Shown here: piece by piece, positions 10,082-21,728 of the stretch
Position numbering within the stretch: position 1 is the stretch's first letter
How the letters are laid out: each line of letters begins with the position of its first letter
Assembly (NCBI GenBank): GCA_900552005.1
Contig: URXU01000009.1
Location: 5,045-69,044, forward strand
Length of the DNA stretch: 64,000 bases
From: an uncultured Phascolarctobacterium sp.
Lineage (GTDB): Bacteria > Bacillota > Negativicutes > Acidaminococcales > Acidaminococcaceae
Direction: 5' to 3'
The notes under the pieces: model-generated
Databases searched by the model: none
The model's input: the letters and a program-made list of their open reading frames with translations, nothing else
What the model was told of the DNA's origin: nothing
Program-made: the position numbers and the translations under genes

Positions 10082-11641
10082 TTATTTCAAAAATTTTCTG
10101 ATCACAGGCAATTGCCGCAGCTCTTTTTTATCCGCAATTCCTAAAACAGGCAGCAGCACCGCATAAATTATAGCGGCTGCCATAATAGTCAGGATTGCAG
10201 TCAGCGCCTTCAGCGGCAAAACCGCAAGTAAAAAGCCATGCAGATAGTAAGCTGTAACTCCCATTAGCAAGGCAGCGCAAATAATCTTACCAATCTGTTT
10301 CCAGGGAAAACTGATCCCATAACGCTGCAGCACTGCCAGATTCAATAAAGTAGCTACGGCAAAATTAATATTTGTCGCCCAGGCTGCTCCGGCAATATTA
10401 AAGACGGCATCAGTCAATACCCATGCAGCTGCCACCTTAGCCATAATTCCCAGCAGCATATTGAGCATAGGAATATTAATAATCCCAATCCCCTGCAAAA
10501 TGCCCGTTGTAATCTGATGCATGCCCAGAAGCCAGATGGCCGGCCCGGAATGCATAATAGCTGTGGCTGCCTTGCCTGTTCCGTACAATAAAAGTGAAAT
10601 AGGTTCGGCAAGTACGCTCATTCCCACAGCCGCCGGTACCGTCAAAAGGCAGCACAGCTTCATGGCGGTGGCCGCTTTAACCGCAATGCCGGCCCTGTCC
10701 TGCAGCACGCTGGCTTCTGAAATGGCCGGTACCAGACTGGTCGCCATGGACATGGTGGGAATAGTCGCCATCATCAGCAGCGGCTGCGCCATACCTGCCA
10801 GATAGCCGAACAAGGTAGTTGCTTCATCAACGGCAAAGCCGCTGGCAACCAGCCGGTTAGGAACCAGCAGCATATCAATACTGCTGCTCACAGGTACCAT
10901 GATGTTGGCACAGGAAACCGGCAGAGCCAGTAATATCAGCCGTTTAATAATCACAGCGGCACTTTCTTTGACTGCATTTATATTAGAAGACTGCAACCGC
11001 CAGCGTTTACGGTACCTGCAATAAAAACAGCTTAAAACAATCAGCCCTGTAATACCTCCGGGCACCGCACCAAAAGCAGCACCAGCCGCCGCATATTCCA
11101 AACCATAGGGCAGCAGATAATAGGCTAAAATAACCATGGTCATAACTCTGACCAGCTGCTCTAAAATCTGCGATACCGCAGGCGGCGTCATTAGCTGATG
11201 CCCCTGGAAAAAGCCACGGAAGCAGGCCAAAATAGTCGAAAAGAAAACTGCCGGCGTCAGTGCAACCAAACCGTAATAGGCTCTGGCATCACTGATAATC
11301 TGATTTTCAATTAACCAGCCGGACGCCATAAACAGCGACCCGGCAAAAATAAATCCAGTGAATGCCATCAAGCACAGTGAAATTTTAAATACTCTCTGTG
11401 CGTTATAATAATCATTCTTAGCCAGCTTTTCTGAAATAATAATAGAAATAGCAATAGGGATACCGGCAGAAGAAACTGCCAGCAGCAGCAGATAGACCGG
11501 ATAGGCCATTTGATACAGGCCAATGCCTTCGCCGCCTAATAAACGCGAAAGCAAAATGCGGTTGAACGAGCCTATGACTTTCACCGTCAAGCCGGCTAAA
11601 GTCAAAATAGCTGCACCGCGCAAAAACTTATCACTGCTCAT
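10082..11641 (-). CDS. MOP-superfamily polysaccharide/lipid II flippase-like protein (YabM/SpoVB/MurJ type)
   Basis: 519 aa polytopic membrane protein at the position of yabM between mfd and yabN. Confidence 0.75.
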   Translation of the reverse strand: MSSDKFLRGAAILTLAGLTVKVIGSFNRILLSRLLGGEGIGLYQMAYPVYLLLLAVSSAGIPIAISIIISEKLAKNDYYNAQRVFKISLCLMAFTGFIFAGSLFMASGWLIENQIISDARAYYGLVALTPAVFFSTILACFRGFFQGHQLMTPPAVSQILEQLVRVMTMVILAYYLLPYGLEYAAAGAAFGAVPGGITGLIVLSCFYCRYRKRWRLQSSNINAVKESAAVIIKRLILLALPVSCANIMVPVSSSIDMLLVPNRLVASGFAVDEATTLFGYLAGMAQPLLMMATIPTMSMATSLVPAISEASVLQDRAGIAVKAATAMKLCCLLTVPAAVGMSVLAEPISLLLYGTGKAATAIMHSGPAIWLLGMHQITTGILQGIGIINIPMLNMLLGIMAKVAAAWVLTDAVFNIAGAAWATNINFAVATLLNLAVLQRYGISFPWKQIGKIICAALLMGVTAYYLHGFLLAVLPLKALTAILTIMAAAIIYAVLLPVLGIADKKELRQLPVIRKFLK

Positions 11642-11689
11642 GGTCCATTCCTTTCTGCTTTTTACTATTCTACAATTATAAATAATTTA

Positions 11690-14600
11690 TTACTGCTTGG
11701 CTACCGTTTTTTCCGGCTGCTTGACCAGCAGCGGCAATCTTTTTTCCAGCCATGGCAAACTATTTATCTCCAGTCCGGCGGTTTTAAAAATCAGCTGAGG
11801 CTCCTTGCCATTTTTAAAAGTCATCCGTCCTTGATATTCATTTAAAAGACTCATTAACGCTTCAGAAGCGACAACCGCATTTTCGCCGAAGGTAATTCTG
11901 ATTTCCGATGGCTTCACCGAAATACCGCGTATTTTAATCAGCCGGCATAAGCCGCGCAAGGCGGCAATACGCCAGAGCATCTCCACCTCTGCCGGCGGAT
12001 TGCCAAAACGATCAATAATTTCATCCAGCAGATCGGCACGTTCACTGTATTTCATCTCTGCAAAACGGCGATATAATTCCATCTTATAACGCGGATCAGC
12101 AATATAGCCGTCAGGAATATAGGCTTCTTCTTCAATCTCCAGTACGGGCTCCGGCTCCGGCGCCGCGCTGTCCGTACCATTTTTCAGGCGGTTAATGGTC
12201 TGTTCCAGCATTTCACAATACGCGGCAAAACCAATGCCGGTAATATGTCCATGCTGCTGCGGTCCCAGCAGATTGCCGGCGCCGCGAATTTCCAGATCAC
12301 GCATGGCGATTTTAAAGCCGGCTCCCAGCTCCGTAAAATCACGAATGGCCTGCAAACGCTTTTCTGCCACTTCACTCAGAGCCTTATTGGGCTTATAGAC
12401 AAAATAGGCATAGGCCAGCCTGCTGCTGCGCCCTACACGCCCGCGCATCTGATATAACTGGGACAAGCCGAAATTTTCTGCCCCATCAATAATAATGGTA
12501 TTAGCCAGCGGCACGTCAAGACCGTTTTCGACGATTGTCGTACATAAAAGCACATCACAGCTGCCTTCATAAAAAGCCACCATGGCATCTTCCAAAGCGT
12601 CTTCACTCATCTGGCCGTGAGCAATCTTGATGCTGATGCCCGGTACAAGTTTGCGTAATTTCGCGGCAATGGTCTCCAAGCCGCTGACACGATTATGAAT
12701 ATAATATATCCGTCCGCCGCGGCGCAGCTCCCGCTCCAGAGCTTCCTTAATCATGCCGTCATTATATTCAGCGACAAAGGTTTCTACAGGCAGCCTGTCC
12801 TCCGGCGGTGATTCAATTACACTCATGTCCCTGCTGCTGACCAAGGCCATATGCAGAGTACGGGGAATCGGCGTAGCTGATAAAGTCAATACATCAATGC
12901 CGGTACGCCATTTTTTGATTTTTTCTTTCTGCGCTACACCAAAGCGCTGCTCTTCATCAATAATCAGCAGACCCAAATCATGAAAAATCACATCCGACTG
13001 CAATAAACGATGGGTTCCAATCAGTACATCTACCCGTCCTTCTTCCAGTTGGCCTAAAATGGCTTTCTGCTCTTTGGCTGTACAGAATCTATTCAGCATG
13101 GCTACATTAATACCGAAGCTGCCCATGCGTTCCTTAAATGTCAGATAATGCTGCTGCGCCAGCACTGTTGTCGGTACCATGACCGCAACCTGCTTATTAT
13201 CCATAACTGCTTTAAAGGCAGCCCTGATGGCCACTTCCGTCTTGCCATAGCCTACGTCACCGCACAGCAAACGTTCCATAGGCTGCGGCTTTTCCATATC
13301 GGCCTTAATTTCCTTAATGGCCCGCAGCTGATCAGGCGTTTCTTCATAAGGAAATTTATCCTCAAACTCTTTCTGCCACTGAGTATCCGGCGAAAAAGCA
13401 TGCCCGGGCATAATCTGCCGCTGGGCATAAAGACGCAGCAATTCCTCTGCCAGCTCCGTAATTGCTTTAGCAGCCTTGGCCGTAGTGCGCTTCCAATCCG
13501 TACCGCCCATTTTCGACAAGCGCGGCACGGCGCCTTCATTGCCCACATACTTATGCAGCATGCCGACCTGTTCCACAGGCACATACAGCTTGTCATCACC
13601 GGCATAGGCAATCAGCAGATAATCACGATGCACACCGTCTACCGCTACATTTTCCACACCAATGTAGCGGCCAATGCCGTGCACCTTGTGCACAACATAA
13701 TCCCCTGCTTTAATATCAGAGAAATATTCCAGCTGCCTGCCCTGATGCCTGCTATGCAGACGTTTGCGCTTCTGCATGCCGAAAATATCACTTTCCGTCA
13801 GCAGCAGCCAGTCTTCATCCCAAAAGCGGAAGCCATGATCAAGTTCACCGAACATAACATTTACCTTGCCGGCATGCAGTCCGTCATCAGCATACACGGC
13901 TTCCAGCCCATAATTAACGAGATTATCCGCAAAGCCGCGCGCCTTAATACTGCTGCTGAGCATAATAACTGGCGTTATATTATCCTGCAGCCAGTTACGC
14001 AAATCTTCCTGCAGCATGGAAATATTTTTATTATACGGCGCTACGCCGCGCACAGGAATATTTAATGCCGGCACTTCAGGCAAATAGCTATGCGCTAAAG
14101 CCGATACCAGCAAAGTTCCCCGCTGACGGCATAATTCCATTAACTGTTCCCGGCTGAAAAGTTCTTCCGTATAATCTTTATTTTCTTTATCCAGCTTATC
14201 AAGCAAGGCAAAATCTTTTACCGGCTCATCGACAATTAACAAAGTGCTGTCTGCACAATAGTCAAAAACGGAAGCCGTACAGGCAGTTTCTTCTTTTATT
14301 TTCAGCGGCACAATCTTAATTTCGTCAAAGCCCGCAATACTGCGCTGATTTTCCAGATTAAAACTGCGAATTGCATCAATTTCATCATCAAACCATTCTA
14401 TTCTCACGGGATTTTGGCTGTTAATGGGATAAATATCCATAATATCGCCGCGCAGACAAAACTGTCCGATCGCATCAACCTGATCCGTCCGTTCGTAACC
14501 GAACTGCAAAAGCTGCTGCAGCAGCTTCTGCTGATCATAGCTGCAGCCCGCCTGCAGCAAAACCTTCTGATCATCAAGGCTGCCGGGCTGAAACTGTTTT

Positions 14601-14986
14601 TGCTGCCAGGCTTCTGCCGTGATGAAAACAATACCTTTTTCCTCACCCTGCAGAAAGCGCAGCGCCGCCGCTCTTCCGGCCTGTAATTCCAAGCTTTGCG
14701 TATCAGCCTGTACCCGCGGCAAATCTACCGGATACAGTTCCTGCATAGGTACTTCCGGATAAAGATAATTCAGTTCTCTTCGATAAGCGCGCATTTCTTC
14801 ACGCGTAGCCACAAAAATTGCCACACTGCCTTGCGCGCCGCAGGCCTGATCAAGGGCAGACAAAAAGACCGACTTGTTGCTTCCCGACAACCCGGTTAAA
14901 ATTACCGTCTGCTTTTGCTGCTGATAAACCGCCGCTTGCTGCACTTGCTGCAAGTTAATCAGTTTATCCGTCAAAATATTTTTCAT
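11690..14986 (-). CDS. mfd: transcription-repair coupling factor
   Basis: 1098 aa. CarD/RNAP-interaction region, helicase motifs GDVGYGKTEVA and DEEQRFG, TRCF C-terminal domain. Confidence 0.97.
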   Translation of the reverse strand: MKNILTDKLINLQQVQQAAVYQQQKQTVILTGLSGSNKSVFLSALDQACGAQGSVAIFVATREEMRAYRRELNYLYPEVPMQELYPVDLPRVQADTQSLELQAGRAAALRFLQGEEKGIVFITAEAWQQKQFQPGSLDDQKVLLQAGCSYDQQKLLQQLLQFGYERTDQVDAIGQFCLRGDIMDIYPINSQNPVRIEWFDDEIDAIRSFNLENQRSIAGFDEIKIVPLKIKEETACTASVFDYCADSTLLIVDEPVKDFALLDKLDKENKDYTEELFSREQLMELCRQRGTLLVSALAHSYLPEVPALNIPVRGVAPYNKNISMLQEDLRNWLQDNITPVIMLSSSIKARGFADNLVNYGLEAVYADDGLHAGKVNVMFGELDHGFRFWDEDWLLLTESDIFGMQKRKRLHSRHQGRQLEYFSDIKAGDYVVHKVHGIGRYIGVENVAVDGVHRDYLLIAYAGDDKLYVPVEQVGMLHKYVGNEGAVPRLSKMGGTDWKRTTAKAAKAITELAEELLRLYAQRQIMPGHAFSPDTQWQKEFEDKFPYEETPDQLRAIKEIKADMEKPQPMERLLCGDVGYGKTEVAIRAAFKAVMDNKQVAVMVPTTVLAQQHYLTFKERMGSFGINVAMLNRFCTAKEQKAILGQLEEGRVDVLIGTHRLLQSDVIFHDLGLLIIDEEQRFGVAQKEKIKKWRTGIDVLTLSATPIPRTLHMALVSSRDMSVIESPPEDRLPVETFVAEYNDGMIKEALERELRRGGRIYYIHNRVSGLETIAAKLRKLVPGISIKIAHGQMSEDALEDAMVAFYEGSCDVLLCTTIVENGLDVPLANTIIIDGAENFGLSQLYQMRGRVGRSSRLAYAYFVYKPNKALSEVAEKRLQAIRDFTELGAGFKIAMRDLEIRGAGNLLGPQQHGHITGIGFAAYCEMLEQTINRLKNGTDSAAPEPEPVLEIEEEAYIPDGYIADPRYKMELYRRFAEMKYSERADLLDEIIDRFGNPPAEVEMLWRIAALRGLCRLIKIRGISVKPSEIRITFGENAVVASEALMSLLNEYQGRMTFKNGKEPQLIFKTAGLEINSLPWLEKRLPLLVKQPEKTVAKQ

Positions 14987-15018
14987 AGAGATATCCAGAC
15001 TTTCATTCTCAATTATTT

Positions 15019-15054
15019 AAAAAAGAAGGGTTTTAGCCGTCAGCTAAAACCCTT
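15019..15054 (-). terminator. intrinsic terminator after glpX
   Basis: Minus strand AAGGGTTTTAGC-loop-GCTAAAACCCTT followed by CTTTTTT. Confidence 0.75.
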
Positions 15055-15065
15055 GTCAGCATCTT

Positions 15066-16028
15066 TTACAGTTTTACTGCAAAATCCTTACGGTCAAAGC
15101 TATGAATAGCATCAACAAATCTTACAGTACCGGTTTTATATCTGGTAGAGATAGTATGCGTACGTACACCGCCGCCAAAATAACGCAGGCCGGTAAGCAT
15201 ATTGCAGTTGGTAATAGCTGTTGCAGTAAACATGCAGTCATCGCCTTTTACCAGATCATCCAAAGTTAACACTTTGCTGCAGTCGGCAATACCCATTTCC
15301 AAGCAGCGTTTTGCCTGTGCTTCATCTTCCGGGCACAGTCTTGCCTGCATGTCGCCGCCCAAGCATTTAATGGCAACTGCTGCCAGCACGCCTTCGGGAG
15401 CGCCGCCGCGGCCAACATACATATGTACGCCAGTACCTTCAATACCGGCATTGACAATGGGGTTAACGTCACCATCGCTAATCAGCTGAATGCGGGCACC
15501 GGCGCTGCGGATTTCTTCCATGATGCCATAATGACGTTCACGGTCCAGCAATACAACGTTCAAATCAGCAACTTCACGATCCAGAGCCTTAGCAACGCGC
15601 TGCAGGTTTTCTTTAATAGGAGCATTAATATCAATGCAGCCTTTCGCACGCGGTCCTACAGCAATTTTATCCATATACATATCAGGAGCATGGAGCAGGC
15701 AGCCTCTGGGAGCAATAGCAATAACAGCAATAGCGCCAGGCTGTCCTTTGGCAACCAGATTAGTACCTTCTACAGGGTCTACAGCAATATCTACGGCAGG
15801 TCCGCCGGCGCCTACTTCTTCACCGATATAAAGCATCGGCGCTTCATCCATTTCGCCTTCACCGATAACTACGGTACCGCTGATATTTACTGTATCAAAC
15901 ATTTTACGCATAGCGTCTACAGCCAGCTGATCGGCACCGTTTTTATCACCGCGGCCTACACTGCGGCCGCAGGCAATAGCTGCCGCCTCGGTAACACGCA
16001 CGAATTCCATAGAAAGCTCTCTGTTCAT
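15066..16028 (-). CDS. glpX: class II fructose-1,6-bisphosphatase
   Basis: 320 aa. GlpX-type N-terminus (LSMEFVRVTEAAAIA) and conserved GEGEMDEAPML and DPVEGT blocks. RBS AAGGAG. Confidence 0.93.
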   Translation of the reverse strand: MNRELSMEFVRVTEAAAIACGRSVGRGDKNGADQLAVDAMRKMFDTVNISGTVVIGEGEMDEAPMLYIGEEVGAGGPAVDIAVDPVEGTNLVAKGQPGAIAVIAIAPRGCLLHAPDMYMDKIAVGPRAKGCIDINAPIKENLQRVAKALDREVADLNVVLLDRERHYGIMEEIRSAGARIQLISDGDVNPIVNAGIEGTGVHMYVGRGGAPEGVLAAVAIKCLGGDMQARLCPEDEAQAKRCLEMGIADCSKVLTLDDLVKGDDCMFTATAITNCNMLTGLRYFGGGVRTHTISTRYKTGTVRFVDAIHSFDRKDFAVKL

Positions 16029-16108
16029 TATTTACACCACTCCTTGTGAAATTTTCAGATAGTTCCCTTTTATTATGACACTTTCAGCATATTTACGCAA
16101 CACAAAAA

Positions 16109-16675
16109 CTAAGACAAAAATCTTACTGCCAGCTGAAATACAATCTGCAAAGGAAAAACAAAAACAATATATAACAGCAATAAACTAAATAGCACTGTAA
16201 TAGCCGCCCGCTTGAAATCAAGCAGATACACCACTTCCAGGGAGCGCATCAGCAAATACAGCATCCAGCAAAAGCCAATAATAAAGATCGCTGCCAAAAG
16301 CAGCAAGCCTGTTATTCCAAGTTTTCCGGCCAGCAATGATACGGGCGTAAGAACCAAAAACGGCAGCGTTGTATATCCCAAGAGGCAAATCAATCCCTTA
16401 GGATCCCCGGCAGCGGTACCGAAAGTTTCCAAAATCCCATGCAGCAAAAACCCGTAAAGAGTTAACGCCGTACCCAAAATTACGACTGTGGCAATTATAA
16501 TGGCAAAACGTACTTCCAGAGGCTGCTCTAAAAGCCAGGAATTAGTTACGACACCGGTAAAAAATCCGGTACTCATTGCAAAATACCAGCCGCTGCGCCA
16601 AAGACAGGGATGCTTGACCAGCAGCGTCATACCGTTTTTCGTATCGAATAATACATCAAAGGTTTTTCTTCTCAT
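16109..16675 (-). CDS. Yip1-like integral membrane protein (function unknown)
   Basis: 188 aa with about 5 TM segments. RBS GAGGTGA. Tightly follows sppA. Family assignment by general resemblance only. Confidence 0.45.
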   Translation of the reverse strand: MRRKTFDVLFDTKNGMTLLVKHPCLWRSGWYFAMSTGFFTGVVTNSWLLEQPLEVRFAIIIATVVILGTALTLYGFLLHGILETFGTAAGDPKGLICLLGYTTLPFLVLTPVSLLAGKLGITGLLLLAAIFIIGFCWMLYLLMRSLEVVYLLDFKRAAITVLFSLLLLYIVFVFPLQIVFQLAVRFLS

Positions 16676-16681
16676 GAAAAA

Positions 16682-17614
16682 TCACCTCTCAGCACGGGGC
16701 GACGCTCCATTTTGTGCAGCTTCAGACAGCTGCTCCAGCAGTTGTCCCTTAATGGTTTTGGCAATTTCGGCGGATAAAAACACTTCCCAGGGCTGCTGCC
16801 TGCTTTTTTCCTTAACAGCCGGCATGCCTTTAATGCCGGCCAATTTACCGGCTTCTGCCAGGGCATCATAATAGTTGCCGATTTCATCTACCAAGCCTAC
16901 ATTTTTAGCCTGCAAGCCTGTATAAACGCGGCCATCAGCCAAGGCTTTTACTTTAGCTACATCCATTTTTCTGCCGGCAGCTACCGTGCCTATAAAATTA
17001 CCGTAGATTTCATTTACAATATTCTGCAGAATGACTTTTTCTTCCGGCGTCATCGGTCTGTCATTGCTTAAAATATCCTTATACGGACCGCTTTTAATTT
17101 TCTCGCTGGTAATGCCAATCTTCTTAAACAGTTCTTCCGTATTCATGTAGGGCATATAAACACCGATACTGCCGGTCAGCGTTGTGGCATTGGCATAAAT
17201 TTTGTCGCTGCTGCAGGCTGCAATCCAATAAGCAGCTGACGCCCCCGTATTACCCATGGTTGCGACAATCGGTTTTTTGGTTTCTTCTTTGAAACGTTTT
17301 AACTCACGGCTGATTTCTTCTGCTGCCGTAGCACTGCCGCCGCCGGAATCAATACGCAGCACCAGCGCTTTAACACTATTATCTGCCGCTGCATCACGAA
17401 TCTGCTGCATAATACTGCCGCTGGTCACGCCGGCTGTCTGCCCAAAAATATTATCTGATGCCGTACCGCTGACAATTGTTCCGTCAATATCAATAACGGC
17501 AACCCGATCATGCACTGTTACCGCCTCTTCATTATTATTGCCCTTCAGCAATGAAACAACAAAGCTCAGCACAGCCAGTAATAAAACGGCACTTACAAAA
17601 AACTTTTTCAGCAT
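16682..17614 (-). CDS. sppA: signal peptide peptidase SppA (36K type)
   Basis: N-terminal TM anchor and ClpP/crotonase-like S49 domain (DSGGGSATAAEE, TGSIGV). Start trimmed to the ATG at 17614 behind AGGAGG. Confidence 0.85.
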   Translation of the reverse strand: MLKKFFVSAVLLLAVLSFVVSLLKGNNNEEAVTVHDRVAVIDIDGTIVSGTASDNIFGQTAGVTSGSIMQQIRDAAADNSVKALVLRIDSGGGSATAAEEISRELKRFKEETKKPIVATMGNTGASAAYWIAACSSDKIYANATTLTGSIGVYMPYMNTEELFKKIGITSEKIKSGPYKDILSNDRPMTPEEKVILQNIVNEIYGNFIGTVAAGRKMDVAKVKALADGRVYTGLQAKNVGLVDEIGNYYDALAEAGKLAGIKGMPAVKEKSRQQPWEVFLSAEIAKTIKGQLLEQLSEAAQNGASPRAER

Positions 17615-17651
17615 GGTCTTCCTCCTGCTAATCAAAATATTTTCTTGGCTG

Positions 17652-17684
17652 AAAAACAAAAGCAGACTGCATAATGCAGTCTGC
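17652..17684 (-). terminator. intrinsic terminator after pyrG
   Basis: Minus strand GCAGACTGCA-TTA-TGCAGTCTGC followed by TTTTGTTTTT. Confidence 0.8.
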
Positions 17685-17704
17685 CTTGTACTCAGCTTAC
17701 TGTT

Positions 17705-19345
<1,641 letters not shown>

Positions 19346-19362
19346 TCAGAATTAAATGATGT

Positions 19363-21027
19363 TTACATTCTTTCCGGTGCTGATACACCTAAAATACTCA
19401 AAGCATGTCTGATAACATGACCTACTGCCTGAACCAGTGCGATTCTTGCCTGCTGAACATCACTGTCAACACCTAAAATCCGGCACTGATTATAGAAGGA
19501 GTGGAACAGGCCGGCCAATTCATGTACATAATGCGCCACACGATGTACAGCTCTTTCCTTAGCTGCGGCAGCAATAAGTTCAGGATATTCGCCGAGCTTC
19601 TTAATCAGTTCCAGCTCACTGGCTTCGGTAAGTACGTTCAGTTTCAGCTGTTGCGCCGGTACAATATCAATCTTTGCCTCCTGCAGCTGACGCATAATGC
19701 TGCAGATACGCGCATGAGCATATTGAATATAATAAACCGGGTTTTCATTGGATTTTTCAGCAGCCAAAGTTAAATCAAAATCAAGCTGACTGTCAATAGA
19801 GCGCATAACGAAGAAGAAACGTGCCGCATCAGTACCAACCTCTTCAATCAGCTCATTTAAAGTAACGCTTTGTCCGGTACGTTTAGACATTTTAACCAGT
19901 TCGCCGTTGCGATACAGACTAACCATCTGCAGAATCAAAACTTCCAGCTGTTCCGGTTTATAGCCCAGTGCACCCACAGCAGCCTTCATGCGGGCAATAT
20001 AACCATGGTGATCAGCGCCCCACAAATTGATAACACGGTCAAAGCCGCGGGCAAATTTGTTCTGATGATAGGCAATATCAGCTGCAAAGTATGTAGGAAT
20101 ACCGTTATCACGGATAACTACACGGTCCTTATCATCACCATGTTCCGTAGCCTTAAGCCACAACGCGCCGTCTTTTTCATAAATATAACCGCGCTTTTGC
20201 AGCAGCTGGCATACTTTTTTAATGGCATCGGCATCATGCAGGGTCTGTTCACTGAACCATACATCAAAATTTACATTGAACGCTTCCAGGTCCTCTTTCA
20301 GCGCTGCCAGTTTTTCCTTCAGCGCAATGGTACGGAACTGCTGCAGTCTTTCAGCTTCCTCCATATGCAGGAATTTATCTCCGTAGATACGTACAATTCT
20401 TTTGGCAGTTTCCACAATATCATAGCCATGATAACCGTTTTCAGGAAATTCTACCTGCTGTCCCAATTCTTCCAGGTAACGGGCATTAACAGAAGCAGCC
20501 AGATTATTAATCTGATTACCGGCATCGTTAATGTAATATTCACGTGTTACATCATAGCCTGCAGCTTTCATCAGATTAGCCAGAGCGCTGCCTACGGCTG
20601 CGCCGCGTCCATGCCCTACATGCAGCGGGCCCGTAGGATTAGCGCTGACATATTCCAGCTGGATTTTTTCCTGAGAAGCATTATGCAGATTACCATAATC
20701 TTCGCCAGCAGCAATAATATGCGCCAGCATATCGTACATCCAGTCCTGTTTTAAATAAAAATTAATAAAACCGGGACCAGCAATTTCCGTTTTTTCTATA
20801 TAAGCACATTCAAGATTATCAGTTACGGCCTGGGCAATCATGCGCGGATTGCATTTCAGACTGCGTGCGGACTGCATGGCAAAATTAGTCGCAAAATCGC
20901 CAAATTCTTTTTGAGGAGGTACTTCCAAAAGTACCTCCGGCAGTTCGCCGTTTTTAATGGTTCCTTCTGCAATAGCTTTTTCAGCAGCTGCTTTAATGGC
21001 TTCAGCCAAAACCTGTTTAATATCCAC
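19363..21027 (-). CDS. argS: arginine--tRNA ligase
   Basis: 554 aa. Class I HIGH-type motif (PTGPLHVGHGR), KMSKR-like MSKRTGQ, anticodon-binding C-terminus. Confidence 0.97.
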   Translation of the reverse strand: MDIKQVLAEAIKAAAEKAIAEGTIKNGELPEVLLEVPPQKEFGDFATNFAMQSARSLKCNPRMIAQAVTDNLECAYIEKTEIAGPGFINFYLKQDWMYDMLAHIIAAGEDYGNLHNASQEKIQLEYVSANPTGPLHVGHGRGAAVGSALANLMKAAGYDVTREYYINDAGNQINNLAASVNARYLEELGQQVEFPENGYHGYDIVETAKRIVRIYGDKFLHMEEAERLQQFRTIALKEKLAALKEDLEAFNVNFDVWFSEQTLHDADAIKKVCQLLQKRGYIYEKDGALWLKATEHGDDKDRVVIRDNGIPTYFAADIAYHQNKFARGFDRVINLWGADHHGYIARMKAAVGALGYKPEQLEVLILQMVSLYRNGELVKMSKRTGQSVTLNELIEEVGTDAARFFFVMRSIDSQLDFDLTLAAEKSNENPVYYIQYAHARICSIMRQLQEAKIDIVPAQQLKLNVLTEASELELIKKLGEYPELIAAAAKERAVHRVAHYVHELAGLFHSFYNQCRILGVDSDVQQARIALVQAVGHVIRHALSILGVSAPERM

Positions 21028-21449
21028 TATGCGTTTTCCTCCTCAACATCTATTAAAATCTTCATATCACCATAGGGTCTGTCTCCGTGAGACAGAGTAT
21101 ATTCTATATCTATATGCCAGACACTGTCCTGAAAACTCGTATACAGATATTTGGTAAATGTTTCCAGTGGAATATTGATATAGGGCGTTTTATAAAAACT
21201 GTGGTCCGTATAACCACGGGCAAATTCCTGCCGGTGCTCCAGACTGCCGCTGCGGATGAGCACAACCCGTTCATCATCCCATTTCAGGGTTGTTCTGGCA
21301 CCTTCCAGGCCGGATTCCGCATGTTCATCGTAAATAACGTAAATCTTGCCGTTTTTTTCTGCCATGCATCCCGTATAGACATGTTCAGTTTTCTGCTGCT
21401 CCTGCCCGTCATTCATTACGCTGGCAATACGTACTTTTACCGATTTCAT
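21027..21449 (-). CDS. DUF1934 (YwiB-like) beta-barrel protein
   Basis: About 140 aa directly upstream of, and overlapping, the argS start, as ywiB is in Bacillus. Start trimmed to the ATG at 21449. Confidence 0.65.
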   Translation of the reverse strand: MKSVKVRIASVMNDGQEQQKTEHVYTGCMAEKNGKIYVIYDEHAESGLEGARTTLKWDDERVVLIRSGSLEHRQEFARGYTDHSFYKTPYINIPLETFTKYLYTSFQDSVWHIDIEYTLSHGDRPYGDMKILIDVEEENA

Positions 21450-21592
21450 AAACTTTCTTACTTCCCCGTAAATACGATTGGAGCCTGCCCGCTTTTCGTT
21501 CAGAACCTTATGATCGAAAAGGAGCAAGCTCCCAAAAGATTTTTGTCAATTTAATGCGTAAAGCAATAAAAAAGACCTTTATATTCTTCAAT

Positions 21593-21621
21593 ATTATATA
21601 ACAGCTGATAAAGCCAGTCAA
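21593..21621 (-). promoter_or_regulatory. sigma70-like promoter for DUF1934-argS
   Basis: Minus strand TTGACT, 17 nt spacer, TATAAT. Confidence 0.6.
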
Positions 21622-21665
21622 GAAAAGGATAAACTGTTATCTTTTAGCCAATATTTAATGAATAC

Positions 21666-21695
21666 TTGTAACAGCGGCCTTTTTTTGTGTATAAT
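21666..21695 (+). promoter_or_regulatory. sigma70-like promoter for putP
   Basis: TTGTAA, 18 nt spacer, TATAAT, with a TG-extended -10 (TGTGTATAAT). Confidence 0.55.
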
Positions 21696-21728
21696 ATCAT
21701 TATTATCTATTGCTTGGAGGGGTTTCTT

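Noticed and set aside
13148-14065. Long antisense ORFs inside mfd (305 aa), argS (19870-20754, 294 aa), dcuC (52348-53271, 307 aa), ppx (45486-46265, 259 aa) and others
   Set aside because: All lie opposite confidently identified genes, lack RBSs and have unnatural composition. I treat them as frame shadows, not overlapping genes.
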